The notes beneath the pieces were generated by a model, which worked only from the letters and a program-made list of their open reading frames with translations, was not told the origin of the DNA and made no database searches. From positions 45,474 to 109,473 of the forward strand of contig JAECRA010000003.1 of NCBI GenBank assembly GCA_015999985.1: a stretch of DNA of 64,000 nt, given 5' to 3'. How positions within the stretch are numbered: the stretch's first letter is position 1; every line of letters starts with the position of its first letter. The position numbers and the translations under genes were made by a program. This document shows positions 8,661-18,917 of the stretch, piece after piece. Source of the stretch: Comamonadaceae bacterium. Lineage in GTDB: Bacteria; Pseudomonadota; Gammaproteobacteria; Burkholderiales; Burkholderiaceae_C.

Positions 8661-10763
8661 TCAAGCGGCGCGCTTGGCGATCACCGCATCAAGGCAGACC
8701 GCACCATTCTCGCGCACCACGAGCGGATTGATGTCAATGCTCTCCAACTCGTTTGCATGGGCCATCGCAAACTCGGAGAGGCGGCAGATGGCATTCAGCA
8801 GCGCTTGCTCATCCGCAGGCTTGGCACCACGCCAGCCCCGCAGCAAAGCTGAGGAACGCACCCGGTTCACCAACGCACGTGCGCCAGCTTCATCCAAAGG
8901 TGCCGAGGCAAAGGCGACATCGCGGTACAACTCCACTGCGGTGCCACCGGCCCCGTACATGACCATGGGTCCGAAGGTCGGGTCCATATGCACGCCAAGA
9001 ATGGTCTCGACCCCGCCCTTGAGCATAGGCGCCATCAGCACACCATCAATACGTGCGTTCGGTACGGCGGCACGAGCGCGTTGCAGCAAGGTGGCATGCG
9101 CAGCGCGCACCGCCTCGGCGTCCTGCAGGTGCAAGATCACACCGCCGATTTCGGTCTTGTGCTGAATGTCGGGCGAAGAGATCTTGGCCACCACCGGGTA
9201 ACCCATGCCATCTGCAGCGGCAGCCGCTTCATCAGCCGTGGCACACAAGCGTTCGGGCAGCATGGGAAGGCCTGCTTCACCGAGAACACGCTTGGCGGTG
9301 GCTTCCGTGCTCACGTCACCCAGAGGTACGGAAGCTGCACCGGAGACAGGCATGCGGTAGAGCGCCTTGCGCCGCTCCACCATTTTGGCAGCGCCAGCCA
9401 GAGCCAGAACAGCGCGACTCGGATCGCCGAACACCGGAATTCCGATCGCTTCGAGGCGCCGATCAACCTCTGGCACCGAGGCCATCACCATCACCATGTC
9501 TTTGCCTGGGTGCTTCTCGCGAAGAGACCCCAGTGACGCGATGGTGGACTCGAAACGCTGTGGAGACAGCCCGGCGCTGGCCAGGTAGGCGAACACCGTT
9601 GCGTAGGGGCCGTGTGTGAGCATCAGGTCAACGCTGCGGGCAGTGCCATCGGCCACCGCCGTGATTTGTGCCGTGACATCCAGCGGATTGGCAGCAACCG
9701 CAAAGGGCAGCAACTCCAGCGTGGCCTTCACGCCTGACTCAGGCAAAGGCGACATGGAAAGGCCCCAATCGCCTGCATGGTCGGCCATCAGCACCCCAAT
9801 GCCACCGGATGAAGTCATGACGCCCATGTCGCCATTGCTCGGCAAACGACCCGTGACGGAACAGAAGTAGGCGATGTCGAGCATCTCTTCGATGGATTGC
9901 GGGCGGTAGGCACCGCACTCCGAAAAGACGGTATCGAAGACGGCATCATTGCCAGCAAGCGAACCGGTATGCGTGCTGGCCGCAGCCGCACCAAGCTCCG
10001 TACGGCCGACTTTCATGATGAGCACCGGCTTGCCTGCCGCAGCTGCCTTGAGCAAAGCCCGGCGAAGTCGCTCACCGTCACGGCAGGACTCTAACGCAGC
10101 GCAGATCACGCGCGTGGACGGATCTTCAGCCAGGTAGTCGATGCATTCGGCGACGTCGACATCAGCCTCGTTGCCTGTGGCGACGATCTTGCTGAAGCCC
10201 AGCCCGCGCAGCGATGCCATGGCATAGGTGCAAGAGCCGAAGGCGCCACTTTGCGTGGCCAGCGAGATCGGACCCGGCTTGGGTTGCAGGCCATTGAGCG
10301 CCACCGAGAAGGTCGCAAAATAGCGCGTCTCTACATTGAGCAGACCCAGAGAGTTAGGGCCAATCATGCGCACGCCTGCGGCATGGCACATGGCCACCAG
10401 CTTGTCCTGCTGCGCGCGCCCTTCTGGCCCCAGCTCGGCAAAGCCCGAGGTCAGCACCAGAACACCCTTGACGCCTTTGGCAATGCATTCTTCAAGCGCG
10501 GATTCGACGCCCGCGGCGGGCACCACGATCACGGCCTGATCCAGTGTGCCGGGGATGGCGGTCACACTGGGGTAAGCGGGCAAGCCCTGCACTTCGGCGG
10601 CGCCGCTCTTGTTGACGGGATAGATCTTGCCTTTATAGCCTGCTTCCACCAGGAAGCGCAGGACACGGCCGCCGATGCGTTCGGCGTCCGAGGAAGCGCC
10701 CAGAATGGCGACAGAAGTGGGTTCGAAAAGGGCAGTGAGGCTGTGCATAGTGTCGATGCTCAA
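8661..10763 (-). CDS. ADP-forming acyl-CoA synthetase (acetate--CoA ligase family)
   Basis: CoA-binding P.SVAILGAS, GPNSLG, TQSGAFG, phospho-His HTGSLAG, ATP-grasp HKTEIGGV and DINPL. Alternative ATG at 10748. Confidence 0.92.
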   Translation of the reverse strand: MSIDTMHSLTALFEPTSVAILGASSDAERIGGRVLRFLVEAGYKGKIYPVNKSGAAEVQGLPAYPSVTAIPGTLDQAVIVVPAAGVESALEECIAKGVKGVLVLTSGFAELGPEGRAQQDKLVAMCHAAGVRMIGPNSLGLLNVETRYFATFSVALNGLQPKPGPISLATQSGAFGSCTYAMASLRGLGFSKIVATGNEADVDVAECIDYLAEDPSTRVICAALESCRDGERLRRALLKAAAAGKPVLIMKVGRTELGAAAASTHTGSLAGNDAVFDTVFSECGAYRPQSIEEMLDIAYFCSVTGRLPSNGDMGVMTSSGGIGVLMADHAGDWGLSMSPLPESGVKATLELLPFAVAANPLDVTAQITAVADGTARSVDLMLTHGPYATVFAYLASAGLSPQRFESTIASLGSLREKHPGKDMVMVMASVPEVDRRLEAIGIPVFGDPSRAVLALAGAAKMVERRKALYRMPVSGAASVPLGDVSTEATAKRVLGEAGLPMLPERLCATADEAAAAADGMGYPVVAKISSPDIQHKTEIGGVILHLQDAEAVRAAHATLLQRARAAVPNARIDGVLMAPMLKGGVETILGVHMDPTFGPMVMYGAGGTAVELYRDVAFASAPLDEAGARALVNRVRSSALLRGWRGAKPADEQALLNAICRLSEFAMAHANELESIDINPLVVRENGAVCLDAVIAKRAA

Positions 10764-10837
10764 AAATGGTCTTTATCGCCCGACACAATGGTTTTTCGCC
10801 TGCTCTGGCGAATGTGCGGGCGCTGAACTTGGGTTGA

Positions 10838-11956
10838 TCAGGCAGCCACGGCGTCAGCCATGGAGCGGGCGGTGAGCCAATTCAGGCACTGCGCCTGGTC
10901 GCCATATTGCAGGCTCCCCTGCAAGGTATGCACTGCGAGGCGGGCAGCCAGTGTTTCGCAGGTCATGCCCATTCCGCCATGCAGCTGAATGGCCGACTCC
11001 GACCAGGTGCGGCTGGCATCTCCCACGCAAAGCTTGACCAGCGACAGAGCCGCGGCCTCGCCCGGGTTTTCGTTGGTCGCTTGCGCCACGAGTGGGCGGA
11101 CCATGCCGGCCGCGTTCTCATACGCCACATACATCTCGACCGTGCGGTGGCGCAATGCCTGGAACGTCGCCAGGTGCACGCCGAACTGCATGCGTGTGTT
11201 GAGATACTCGATCGTCTGCTCGATCATGGCACCCGCAGAGCCCACTGCTTGCACGCAGGTGAGCAAGCTGCCCAGCTTTTGCGCGCGCTCTACAGCGTCC
11301 AGCACAGCCGCGCCCCGCAGCAGCACCTGATCAGCCTGCACGGTCAGGCCATCCAGGTTGAAGTCGGCCGTCACGCGGCCATCCATGCCTTCGAAGTAGC
11401 GGGCATGTGGCTGCAGTTGATCGATGGGCAGCAGGATCAGCGCAGGTTCGCTGGAGGTGTCATCGGTCACGTTGAAGGCGACATGGGTGGCGGGCTCCGT
11501 CAAGTCCGCACCCTTGAGCGTGCCACGCAACTGATGGCCCTGCCCCAGACTAAGCGCCGTGGCGGTAGACGGCATGCGTGCGCTTGCGTCCAATATGGTG
11601 GCGACGGAGGCTTCACCCATCGTCAGCGCTTCAAGCAACTCTCGTACAACGGCCTGGTCTGCCAGACCGGCCAGCAGGCCAGGGGCTACCGCGCAGCGGT
11701 CGATCAGGGGCGCTGTGACCGCATGGCGCGCAGCCGCTTCGATGATTTCCGCCAGGTCGGTCAGTGTGCCGTCCACACCGCCAGCAGCCTCCGGCACGAT
11801 GACGCCTTGCCAGCCCAGGGCCAACATCTGGCGCCATGCGTCACTGGGGGTATTGCTTTGAGCCGAAGAGGCCGAGTTGGGTATGGCAGTAGCAGCCAGG
11901 CGCAGGCTGGTGTCATGGAGATCGCCCGGGAACAAAGGGGTGGCGCTGAATGACAT
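10838..11956 (-). CDS. Acyl-CoA dehydrogenase-family protein (PimD/FadE-type partner subunit)
   Basis: TIEYLNTRMQFG..LATFQALRHR and AIQLHGGMGMT; short, degenerate N-terminal half. Confidence 0.88.
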   Translation of the reverse strand: MSFSATPLFPGDLHDTSLRLAATAIPNSASSAQSNTPSDAWRQMLALGWQGVIVPEAAGGVDGTLTDLAEIIEAAARHAVTAPLIDRCAVAPGLLAGLADQAVVRELLEALTMGEASVATILDASARMPSTATALSLGQGHQLRGTLKGADLTEPATHVAFNVTDDTSSEPALILLPIDQLQPHARYFEGMDGRVTADFNLDGLTVQADQVLLRGAAVLDAVERAQKLGSLLTCVQAVGSAGAMIEQTIEYLNTRMQFGVHLATFQALRHRTVEMYVAYENAAGMVRPLVAQATNENPGEAAALSLVKLCVGDASRTWSESAIQLHGGMGMTCETLAARLAVHTLQGSLQYGDQAQCLNWLTARSMADAVAA

Positions 11957-11959
11957 GGT

Positions 11960-13180
11960 TCAGGATCCAAAAATGGCACGAGCAATCACGTTTTTCTGAA
12001 CTTCGCTGGTGCCTCCAGCGATGGTGCGTGATCGGTAGAACAAATAGGTATGCACAAGCTGACGGCCCATTTGCAGATGGTCAGATCCGTCGGCTTTGGG
12101 TGGCTTAGGCAACAGACGCGCGCCATACTCGGACGCCGTCAAGTCATAGGCCAGGCTGGAGATGTCTTGCGACAACTCGGAACAATGAAGTTTCAGCGCG
12201 GACGACTTCGATGCCGCCAGCGTACCGTTCATTTCCTCCTGAATGGCACTGAGCAGCATTTCACGCGCACCCAGGGCCGAGCCTTGCGCCTGGTAGAGGC
12301 GTTTGAGTGCTGCCAGGAGATGCGGGGTAGCCCCTTCGGCGCGAATGCGGTCCTGAATGAGCTCCGAAACCTGCTCGAGCTGCCGGGCAAGACGGGGCAC
12401 GGTGGAGGGGGAAAGGCGTTCACGGTCCAACAGGAACTTCGCGCACTTCCAGCCCTCTCCTTCTTCACCCAGGCGATTGGCGACCGGCACGCGCACGTCG
12501 TTGAGGAACACCTCATTCACGTGGTGCCATTGGTCTATGGTGTGGATCGGACGCACTTCAATACCCGGGGTATTGAGCGGCACCACCAGCAAGGTGATGC
12601 CAGCCTGCTTGCGCCCCTCTTTGGACGTCCGCACAAGGGTGTACATCACATCCGCTTCCTGGGCATGAGACGTCCAGATCTTCTGGCCGTTGATCACATA
12701 GTGATCACCTTCACGAACCGCTGCCGTCTTGAGCGACGCCAGATCTGAGCCGGCACCCGGTTCAGAGTAGCCTTGGCACCACCATTCGGATCCTTCCACG
12801 ATGGGAGGAAGATAGCGCGCCTTCTGCTCCTCGGTTCCGAAATGCATGATCACCGGTCCGATGTGGCCCAGACCATGGTGATAGAGCGGAGGGCAATCGA
12901 GCTGGGCACTGACTTGCTCGAACAGGTAGCGCTGCTGCAGGTCCCAACCGGTGCCGCCTTCCGATAGGGGCCAGTTAGGTGCACCCCAACCACGGGCGAA
13001 GAGAATTTTCTGCCAGCGCGACATTTCTTCGCGGCCCAGCTTCTGGTTGGTGCGGACCTTCTCACGCAAGTCCGCGGGACAGTGCGTGCTCATGAAGTCG
13101 TGCAGTTCCTGCCGGAACCGTTCGTAGAAAGCCTCGTCACGCACGGACGCGTCATCGAGCGTGGAATCGGTAGTGCTCAT
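11960..13180 (-). CDS. Acyl-CoA dehydrogenase (PimC-like)
   Basis: WWCQGYSEPGAGSDLASLKT, INGQKIWTS, NEVFL.DVRVP, TIAGGTSEVQKN. Confidence 0.93.
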   Translation of the reverse strand: MSTTDSTLDDASVRDEAFYERFRQELHDFMSTHCPADLREKVRTNQKLGREEMSRWQKILFARGWGAPNWPLSEGGTGWDLQQRYLFEQVSAQLDCPPLYHHGLGHIGPVIMHFGTEEQKARYLPPIVEGSEWWCQGYSEPGAGSDLASLKTAAVREGDHYVINGQKIWTSHAQEADVMYTLVRTSKEGRKQAGITLLVVPLNTPGIEVRPIHTIDQWHHVNEVFLNDVRVPVANRLGEEGEGWKCAKFLLDRERLSPSTVPRLARQLEQVSELIQDRIRAEGATPHLLAALKRLYQAQGSALGAREMLLSAIQEEMNGTLAASKSSALKLHCSELSQDISSLAYDLTASEYGARLLPKPPKADGSDHLQMGRQLVHTYLFYRSRTIAGGTSEVQKNVIARAIFGS

Positions 13181-13236
13181 GTCGGGAAGTTCTCAAAAAC
13201 AATCTAGGAAACGAGGCCCCGGCGGCCGTTCAGGTG

Positions 13237-14223
13237 TCAGTCGGCACGAATGTTTCGACCGCGGATCACTGGACCCCAGCGGTCCAACTCATGCTGCAGA
13301 TAGGCAGAAAACTCAGAGCGCGTCATCAGACGTGGATCCACACCCGCCTTGGACAAGGCCTCTTGCGTGGCGGGCATTTCCAGCACGGCGCGAATGTCGG
13401 TGTAGAGGCGCTGCTGCAGGGCCTCCGGCGTGCTGGTGGGCAGGAAAAAGCCAAACCATCCACCGGCTTCGAATTTCTCCAGGCCGGGGACACCCGACTT
13501 GCTGATCGGAACCACGCCGGGCAAGCGCGGATTGGTGTTGGCATAGCCATGACCCAGCACGCGAAGCCTGCCAGAGGGCACATAGGACATGGTGGCAGGG
13601 GAGTCGAACAGAGCGTCGACTTGACCACCGACGAGGTCCGTAATGGCAGGTCCGTTGCCGCGATAGGGCACGTGGATGATCTCGATGCCCGCCATGCCTG
13701 CGAACATTTCTGCCGCGATGTGCGGGCTGGAGCCGTTGCCGGACGAGGCGAAGCTGATCTTGCCTGGATTGGCCTTACCGTACGCCACGAACTCGGCCAG
13801 AGTCTTCACCGGAAGGCGTGGAGAGATGTAGAGCACGCTTGGGCTGTCGGACGTGTTGGTCAGCGGTGTCAGGGCTTTGACGTCATAAGGCAGCTTGGGC
13901 AGCATCAGCTGGTTGCCGATGTAGCCGAATGCGGTGAGCAGCAGCGTGTACCCGTCACCAGGGGCGCGAGCTACAAAACCGGTGCCAATTGTGGTTCCGC
14001 CACCTGGCTTGTTGTCAATCAGGACAGGTTTGCCCCATTTGTCCGCCAGTCGCGGAGAGATTGCACGTCCGATGATGTCGGTCAAGCCACCGGCCGCATA
14101 AGGGATCACGATGGTCACGGGCTTGGAGGGGAAAGGATCTGTGCCTTGGGCCCACGCTGGACCAGCGATGCTCACAGAGGCGGCGGACAGGCTCGTGAGC
14201 GCGAATTGGCGTCTATTCAACAT
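13237..14223 (-). CDS. Bug/TctC substrate-binding protein
   Basis: FPSKPVTIVIPYAAGG, IDNKPGGG, HVPYRG. ATG 14223 with RBS GGAG; RR-containing signal peptide. Confidence 0.93.
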   Translation of the reverse strand: MLNRRQFALTSLSAASVSIAGPAWAQGTDPFPSKPVTIVIPYAAGGLTDIIGRAISPRLADKWGKPVLIDNKPGGGTTIGTGFVARAPGDGYTLLLTAFGYIGNQLMLPKLPYDVKALTPLTNTSDSPSVLYISPRLPVKTLAEFVAYGKANPGKISFASSGNGSSPHIAAEMFAGMAGIEIIHVPYRGNGPAITDLVGGQVDALFDSPATMSYVPSGRLRVLGHGYANTNPRLPGVVPISKSGVPGLEKFEAGGWFGFFLPTSTPEALQQRLYTDIRAVLEMPATQEALSKAGVDPRLMTRSEFSAYLQHELDRWGPVIRGRNIRAD

Positions 14224-14252
14224 GCAGTGTCTCCTTTGAATGGTCAAAGTCT

Positions 14253-14270
14253 ACTTACCGACAGGTAGAA
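14253..14270. promoter_or_regulatory. Putative TetR operator, copy 1
   Basis: ACTTACCGACAGGTAGAA, similar to the sites at 16150 and 25543; upstream of the bug gene. Confidence 0.55.
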
Positions 14271-14439
14271 TTAATATAAGTAGCAACCCTAGGAAAACAC
14301 CGATATCAGCAGGGTTAAAGCACGCCGGAACTGCGCCACGACCAGGGCGCTGGCAGCCCCAATGGTGCAACTACCCCGCCTCGTGTAGTACGCAACCCCA
14401 CCGCTAAGCACGAAGGGAACGGCCCAAACTTAAAGGAAG

Positions 14440-14462
14440 AAAAATTGCCTGGCGAACCAGGC
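14440..14462 (-). terminator. Intrinsic terminator candidate downstream of tetR
   Basis: Minus strand reads GCCTGG-TTCG-CCAGGC followed by AATTTTT. Confidence 0.45.
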
Positions 14463-14552
14463 GGCGATAAGCTCTGCCCAGCTCTGTCCGAGGGCGCTGT
14501 CTCAGGGGCCCTGACCATGACATTCACGCCGGCCGCTTTCGCGCGCCTTCGG

Positions 14553-15209
14553 TTACGCGCGTGCTGCTGCGGGCTTGCGCGTACTGACCACCGCCGGTTT
14601 AGCTCGCATCCCCACCATCAGAATCTCCAGAAACTGCTCCACGATTTGATGGGCATTCAAAGGCCCATCAATCTTGTGCCACCGCCACATGCTGTTGATG
14701 GAGGACAAAAGCAGACGCCCGGCAATGGCAGGATCCATTTCGCGGAATTCCCCCGACTTGATACCCTGCTGAATGCAATGGCGCAGGTGCTTTTCATACT
14801 GGTCACGAAACAGAACGCCCTTGGTTCGTGAGATCGACTCATGCGTCGTGTGGAACGCGTTCGACCCCGTGATCCAGGCGTCGCGGTTCATGGTGTAGTA
14901 ATCGGCTGTGGAGAGCATAAAGGCGCGTACCTTGTCTACCGCAGTGGTTTCCTGCGCAGTCGCTGCCATGACATGTTCCAGCAACATCTCCAGCCCATGC
15001 AGAACGATTCGCTCGTAGAGCGCTTCCTTATTGGGAAAGTGGTAATACAGGGCTGCCTTGGTGATCTTGGCCTCTTCTGCGATTTCTCGAAGTGAGGTCC
15101 CCTGAAATCCGTGTTTGGCAAACAGTCGGCCCGCAATATCAAGCAATTGCGCCTGACGATCTTCCACGCGGGCACCCGCGCGCGTGCTTGTTTTCTTCTC
15201 TTGGGCCAT
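14553..15209 (-). CDS. TetR/AcrR-family regulator (KstR2-like C-terminus)
   Basis: LFAKHGFQGTSLREIAEEAKITKAALYYHFPNKEAL; GIKSGEFR..D; W.K.DG.L. Confidence 0.93.
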   Translation of the reverse strand: MAQEKKTSTRAGARVEDRQAQLLDIAGRLFAKHGFQGTSLREIAEEAKITKAALYYHFPNKEALYERIVLHGLEMLLEHVMAATAQETTAVDKVRAFMLSTADYYTMNRDAWITGSNAFHTTHESISRTKGVLFRDQYEKHLRHCIQQGIKSGEFREMDPAIAGRLLLSSINSMWRWHKIDGPLNAHQIVEQFLEILMVGMRAKPAVVSTRKPAAARA

Positions 15210-15319
15210 GGGTGCTCCTCAAATGACTGCGCTTGAAGAAGTCAATCCAACCGCGGCTGACTTCTCCGGCATTCAACACTAGAACGTATTGACGAACTTG
15301 TAGTTTACATGCCGACAGT

Positions 15320-16093
15320 TCAGCGCCCGGTATAAACCGGTGCGCGCTTTTCAAGAAAAGCGCGCTGAGCTTCCTTGGTGTCCTCTGTTTTGGACAGAGC
15401 CACGGTATTGTTTTGCTCGTAACGATAGGCATCTCGCGTGGGCATCAGCGCGGTCATGCGGGCAGCTTCCTTGGCCAGGCGCAGCGCGGTGGGGCTCTTG
15501 GAGGCCATCTCGCGCGCCAGTTCCAATGCATAAGGCATGAGCTCCTCCGGCGGCAGGCAAGCCTCAATCAGACCCAGCCGGTACATCTCCTTGGCGTCCA
15601 CCTTCATGCCGGTGTAGAACATACGGCGTGCACGAGACTGGCTAAAGAATTTTTGCAGGTAGGTCATGCCGCCCGCCAGGCCGACATTGATCTCAGGCAT
15701 GGAAATATAGGCATTTTCAGACGCTACCCAAATATCGCTGGCGATGACCAACCCGAATCCCGCGCCCATAGCCGGACCATTGATGGCACAAATGATCGGT
15801 TTGGTGCATTCCACCACGGCGTTGAACGCTTCGCGCACCAAGCGGTTGTGGCGGCTGTAAGCGCCCGTTGTAGCGGCCAGGTTGGGACGCTCGCGTATAT
15901 CCGCGCCTGCGGAAAACACCTTGCCTGATCCGGTAAGAATCACCACCATGACATCTTCACGGTCAGACAGTTCGTCAAAGACTTCCGTGAGTTCGGCGCG
16001 CAGTTCGGCGTTTTGGGCGTTAACCGGTGGCCTGTTCAGCGTCACGGTGGCAATGCGCTCTTCTACGGTCAACAACAGCTGTTTGTAAGTCAT
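15320..16093 (-). CDS. Enoyl-CoA hydratase/isomerase (crotonase) family protein
   Basis: VTLNRPPVNA, FSAGADI, AINGPAMGAG, MPEINVG, AFLEKRAP.Y.GR; ATG 16093. Confidence 0.92.
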   Translation of the reverse strand: MTYKQLLLTVEERIATVTLNRPPVNAQNAELRAELTEVFDELSDREDVMVVILTGSGKVFSAGADIRERPNLAATTGAYSRHNRLVREAFNAVVECTKPIICAINGPAMGAGFGLVIASDIWVASENAYISMPEINVGLAGGMTYLQKFFSQSRARRMFYTGMKVDAKEMYRLGLIEACLPPEELMPYALELAREMASKSPTALRLAKEAARMTALMPTRDAYRYEQNNTVALSKTEDTKEAQRAFLEKRAPVYTGR

Positions 16094-16149
16094 GCTTGGT
16101 CTCTTTAAGTTCAATGAGTGGCGATAGAAAAATAAGCTTGATAGACGAA

Positions 16150-16167
16150 ACTTACCGGTTGGCAGGT
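16150..16167. promoter_or_regulatory. Putative TetR operator, copy 2
   Basis: ACTTACCGGTTGGCAGGT, an imperfect palindrome upstream of the crotonase gene. Confidence 0.55.
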
Positions 16168-16381
16168 TATTTGCAAGTGCCACTAGTCCTATAGGTGACA
16201 CATCTCAGATGCACACCTGTGCGTGGCTGAATGCGAGGGCAAAATCCACTCTTCGGCATGGGTCTGCGAAGGCATGACATGCCATCAATAATGCGTGGGA
16301 ACATCGACCAGCCTCACGGTAAGCAATCTATGATTCGATGATGGTCATGACACCGAAACGGTGAACGAAAGAGAAGTCACC

Positions 16382-17146
16382 ATGAGCACCTCACCGGTCA
16401 AGTCTGCCGTCCGCGTTCTGGAAGTCTTTGACTATTTCCGGCGCGAGCGCCGCGCACGTCAACTCAAGGACATTTGCGAAGCCTTGAACTACCCGCAGTC
16501 CAGCGGCACAGCTTTGCTGAAGAACTTGGTGACGCTAGGTTATCTCAGCTATGACCGCACCACCCGTCTTTACTTTCCAACCTTGAAGGTCGCCGCCCTG
16601 GGTGACTGGCTGGAGCAGGCATTGTTTGGCCAGAGCCAGATCTTCGAGATCATGCGGGACCTGCACAGCGCGAGTGGAGAAGCGGTCTCCGTCGCTCTGC
16701 AAAATGACGTGTACATGCAGTACATCCACGTGATTCAATCCATTCACCCGCTGCGTTTCCACACCGAAGAGGGCAGCATGCGCCCACTCACCCTGTCGGC
16801 GACCGGTTGGGTGCTGATGTCTGCCCACCCGGACCGCGAGGTCGACCGACTCATACGCCGCGCCAACATTGCCACACAGCCCGTTGCAGATCGCCAACCT
16901 ATGGAGCTGATGATGGAGCGCGTGCGCGAGGCGCGCGCCACAGGCCATGCCTATGCCGAAAATCTGCCCTTGCTTGGAGGCGCCACCTTGTGCGTGATGT
17001 TGCCGATCAAGGTGCAGGGCCGCTCATTGGTATTGGGTATGGGAGGCGCACTGGAACGCATCCGCCCACGCCGGGATGAATATCTTCAGCTCATGCAAGA
17101 GCTGATTTCGTCGCTGGACGAGCCCTCAGCGGACACGCCGTCCTAG
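16382..17146 (+). CDS. IclR-family transcriptional regulator
   Basis: VKSAVRVLEVFDYF..L..PQSS...LL..LV.LGYL HTH plus IclR effector domain. Alternative GTG at 16361. Confidence 0.9.
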   Translation: MSTSPVKSAVRVLEVFDYFRRERRARQLKDICEALNYPQSSGTALLKNLVTLGYLSYDRTTRLYFPTLKVAALGDWLEQALFGQSQIFEIMRDLHSASGEAVSVALQNDVYMQYIHVIQSIHPLRFHTEEGSMRPLTLSATGWVLMSAHPDREVDRLIRRANIATQPVADRQPMELMMERVREARATGHAYAENLPLLGGATLCVMLPIKVQGRSLVLGMGGALERIRPRRDEYLQLMQELISSLDEPSADTPS

Positions 17147-17155
17147 GTACCGGCT

Positions 17156-17929
17156 CTAGACGGCCAGATAGCCTCCATCCACAGCCAGCGTCACGCCATT
17201 GACGTAGCTGGCCATGTCAGACGCCAGGAACACGGCAGGCCGGGCGATCTCCTCGGCGCGGCCCAAGCGACCTGAAGGAATACGCGCCATGAAGCGCTCC
17301 AGTCGCTCTGGGTTGGCGCGCGTGGCATCTGTCATGGGTGTCACGATAACACCTGGCGCAATGACGTTGACGCGGATGCCAGTGCCCGCCAGGTCTGCCA
17401 CCATTGATTGGGACAAAAGACGCACCGCCGCCTTGGATGCCGAATATCCGACCGCTTTCGGCTGACCATGAAAAGAGGCCCCAGACGAAATATTGATCAC
17501 GTTGCCGCGTGTCTTGCGCAGCGCGGGCAGAAAGGCGTGCATGACGTTGAATACACCGATCACGTTCACATCCATGACCTTGCGCACGGCGGCGTGGGCC
17601 TGAGGGCTGTCAAGGCCTTCACGCAAAATCACCCCTGCGTTGTTCACCAGGATATCTATGCAGCCGATCTCGGCCTCAACCTGGGCGGCCAATCGAACGA
17701 CTGCATCGTTGTCCGTTACGTCAAGCGCATAGACCCAGCCCTCGGAACCGGCGGCTTGGACCTGAGCCAGGCTGTCTGCACAGGCAGAGGCCTCTCGGTC
17801 GGTGATGATGACGCGAGCGCCCTCTTTCGCATAGGCCGCAGCGATGGCTTGGCCAATACCCCCGGCAGCGCCGGTCACAAAAGCAAGGCGACCTTCAAGC
17901 AGACCGGCATTCGAAGCGGATAGAGACAT
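17156..17929 (-). CDS. Short-chain dehydrogenase/reductase
   Basis: VTGAAGGIG, ILVNNAG, YSASK, VNVIAPG. The true start is 17929; the ORF-track extension overlaps the permease. Confidence 0.93.
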   Translation of the reverse strand: MSLSASNAGLLEGRLAFVTGAAGGIGQAIAAAYAKEGARVIITDREASACADSLAQVQAAGSEGWVYALDVTDNDAVVRLAAQVEAEIGCIDILVNNAGVILREGLDSPQAHAAVRKVMDVNVIGVFNVMHAFLPALRKTRGNVINISSGASFHGQPKAVGYSASKAAVRLLSQSMVADLAGTGIRVNVIAPGVIVTPMTDATRANPERLERFMARIPSGRLGRAEEIARPAVFLASDMASYVNGVTLAVDGGYLAV

Positions 17930-17949
17930 GGCAGGAGCTCCGAGATTCA

Positions 17950-18903
17950 TCAACGGGGTTGCAGGGATGCAGCTTTGCGCAGCGCGCGCTCGCGCCACTT
18001 GAACTGGATCTGACCGACGATGCCTTTTCTGAACAGCATCACGACCAATACAAACACCACGCCCTGAATGATCAGAACCCACTCGGCAAAGCCGGCCAGA
18101 TAGTGTTCCATGGAAATGATGATCAACGAGCCAACCACGGGGCCCAGCAGGGTCTGCAGCCCACCGACGATGCAGATCAGAAGCGCCTCGCCCGAGGTGG
18201 TCCAACTCACATCAGCCAGACTTGCCAATTGGAAGGCCATGACCTTGGTAGCGCCCGCCAGACCTGCCAGGGCGGCAGACAGGGTGAACGCCACCAGTTT
18301 GTAGCGGTTGACCTGGTAGCCCAGCGACAGAGCGCGTTGCTCGTTGTCGCGAATCGAGCGCAGGACCTGGCCAAACGGAGAGTAGACCGTGCGATAGATC
18401 AGCCAGAACCCAAAGCCGACCAAGGCCAGCGCCACGTAGTACATGGCCAGATTGTCTTCAGTGGAGATCACGCCAAGGAACGTCGGGCGCGGCACCGCCT
18501 GCAGGCCATCTTCACCGCCCGTAAAGGGAAGGCGCAATGCCAGGAAGAACACCAACTGCGCGAACGCCAGGGTGATCATCGAAAAGTAGATGCCGTGGCG
18601 ACGGATGGCGAGCAGACCGGAGAGAAACCCTAGCCCAGCCGCGACAGCGACGCCAGCGAGAACGCCAACGATGCCGTCCACACCCCAGGTTTTGAGCACA
18701 TAGCCTGTGATGTAGCTTGAAGTGCCATAGAACATGGCATGGCCAAAAGACAGCAAACCCACGTACCCGATCAGCAGGTTCAGCGAAGCTGCCAGCAGCG
18801 CGAAGCACATCAGCTTGATCAAGAACAGCGGATAGACCGCAAAGGGCGCCAGGCACAGCAGCACAAGGCCCACGATCAAAAGGTTTCTTTGCATCGAACT
18901 CAT
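17950..18903 (-). CDS. Branched-chain amino acid-type ABC transporter permease (LivM-like)
   Basis: GLLSFGHA, YFSMITLAF, TGGEDG, SPFG..L..IRDNE.RA..LGY. Confidence 0.92.
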   Translation of the reverse strand: MSSMQRNLLIVGLVLLCLAPFAVYPLFLIKLMCFALLAASLNLLIGYVGLLSFGHAMFYGTSSYITGYVLKTWGVDGIVGVLAGVAVAAGLGFLSGLLAIRRHGIYFSMITLAFAQLVFFLALRLPFTGGEDGLQAVPRPTFLGVISTEDNLAMYYVALALVGFGFWLIYRTVYSPFGQVLRSIRDNEQRALSLGYQVNRYKLVAFTLSAALAGLAGATKVMAFQLASLADVSWTTSGEALLICIVGGLQTLLGPVVGSLIIISMEHYLAGFAEWVLIIQGVVFVLVVMLFRKGIVGQIQFKWRERALRKAASLQPR

Positions 18904-18917
18904 GACTTGAGCTCCTC

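Noticed and set aside
7532-8731. Several ORFs (7532-7915, 7740-7985, 7758-8006, 7904-8731) over the repeat region
   Set aside because: They translate the palindromic element or the antisense of the SnoaL gene; no transposase motifs.
10907-14268. Long + strand ORFs 10907-11953, 12050-12748 and 13234-14268
   Set aside because: Antisense mirrors of well-supported minus-strand genes, as expected in high-GC DNA.
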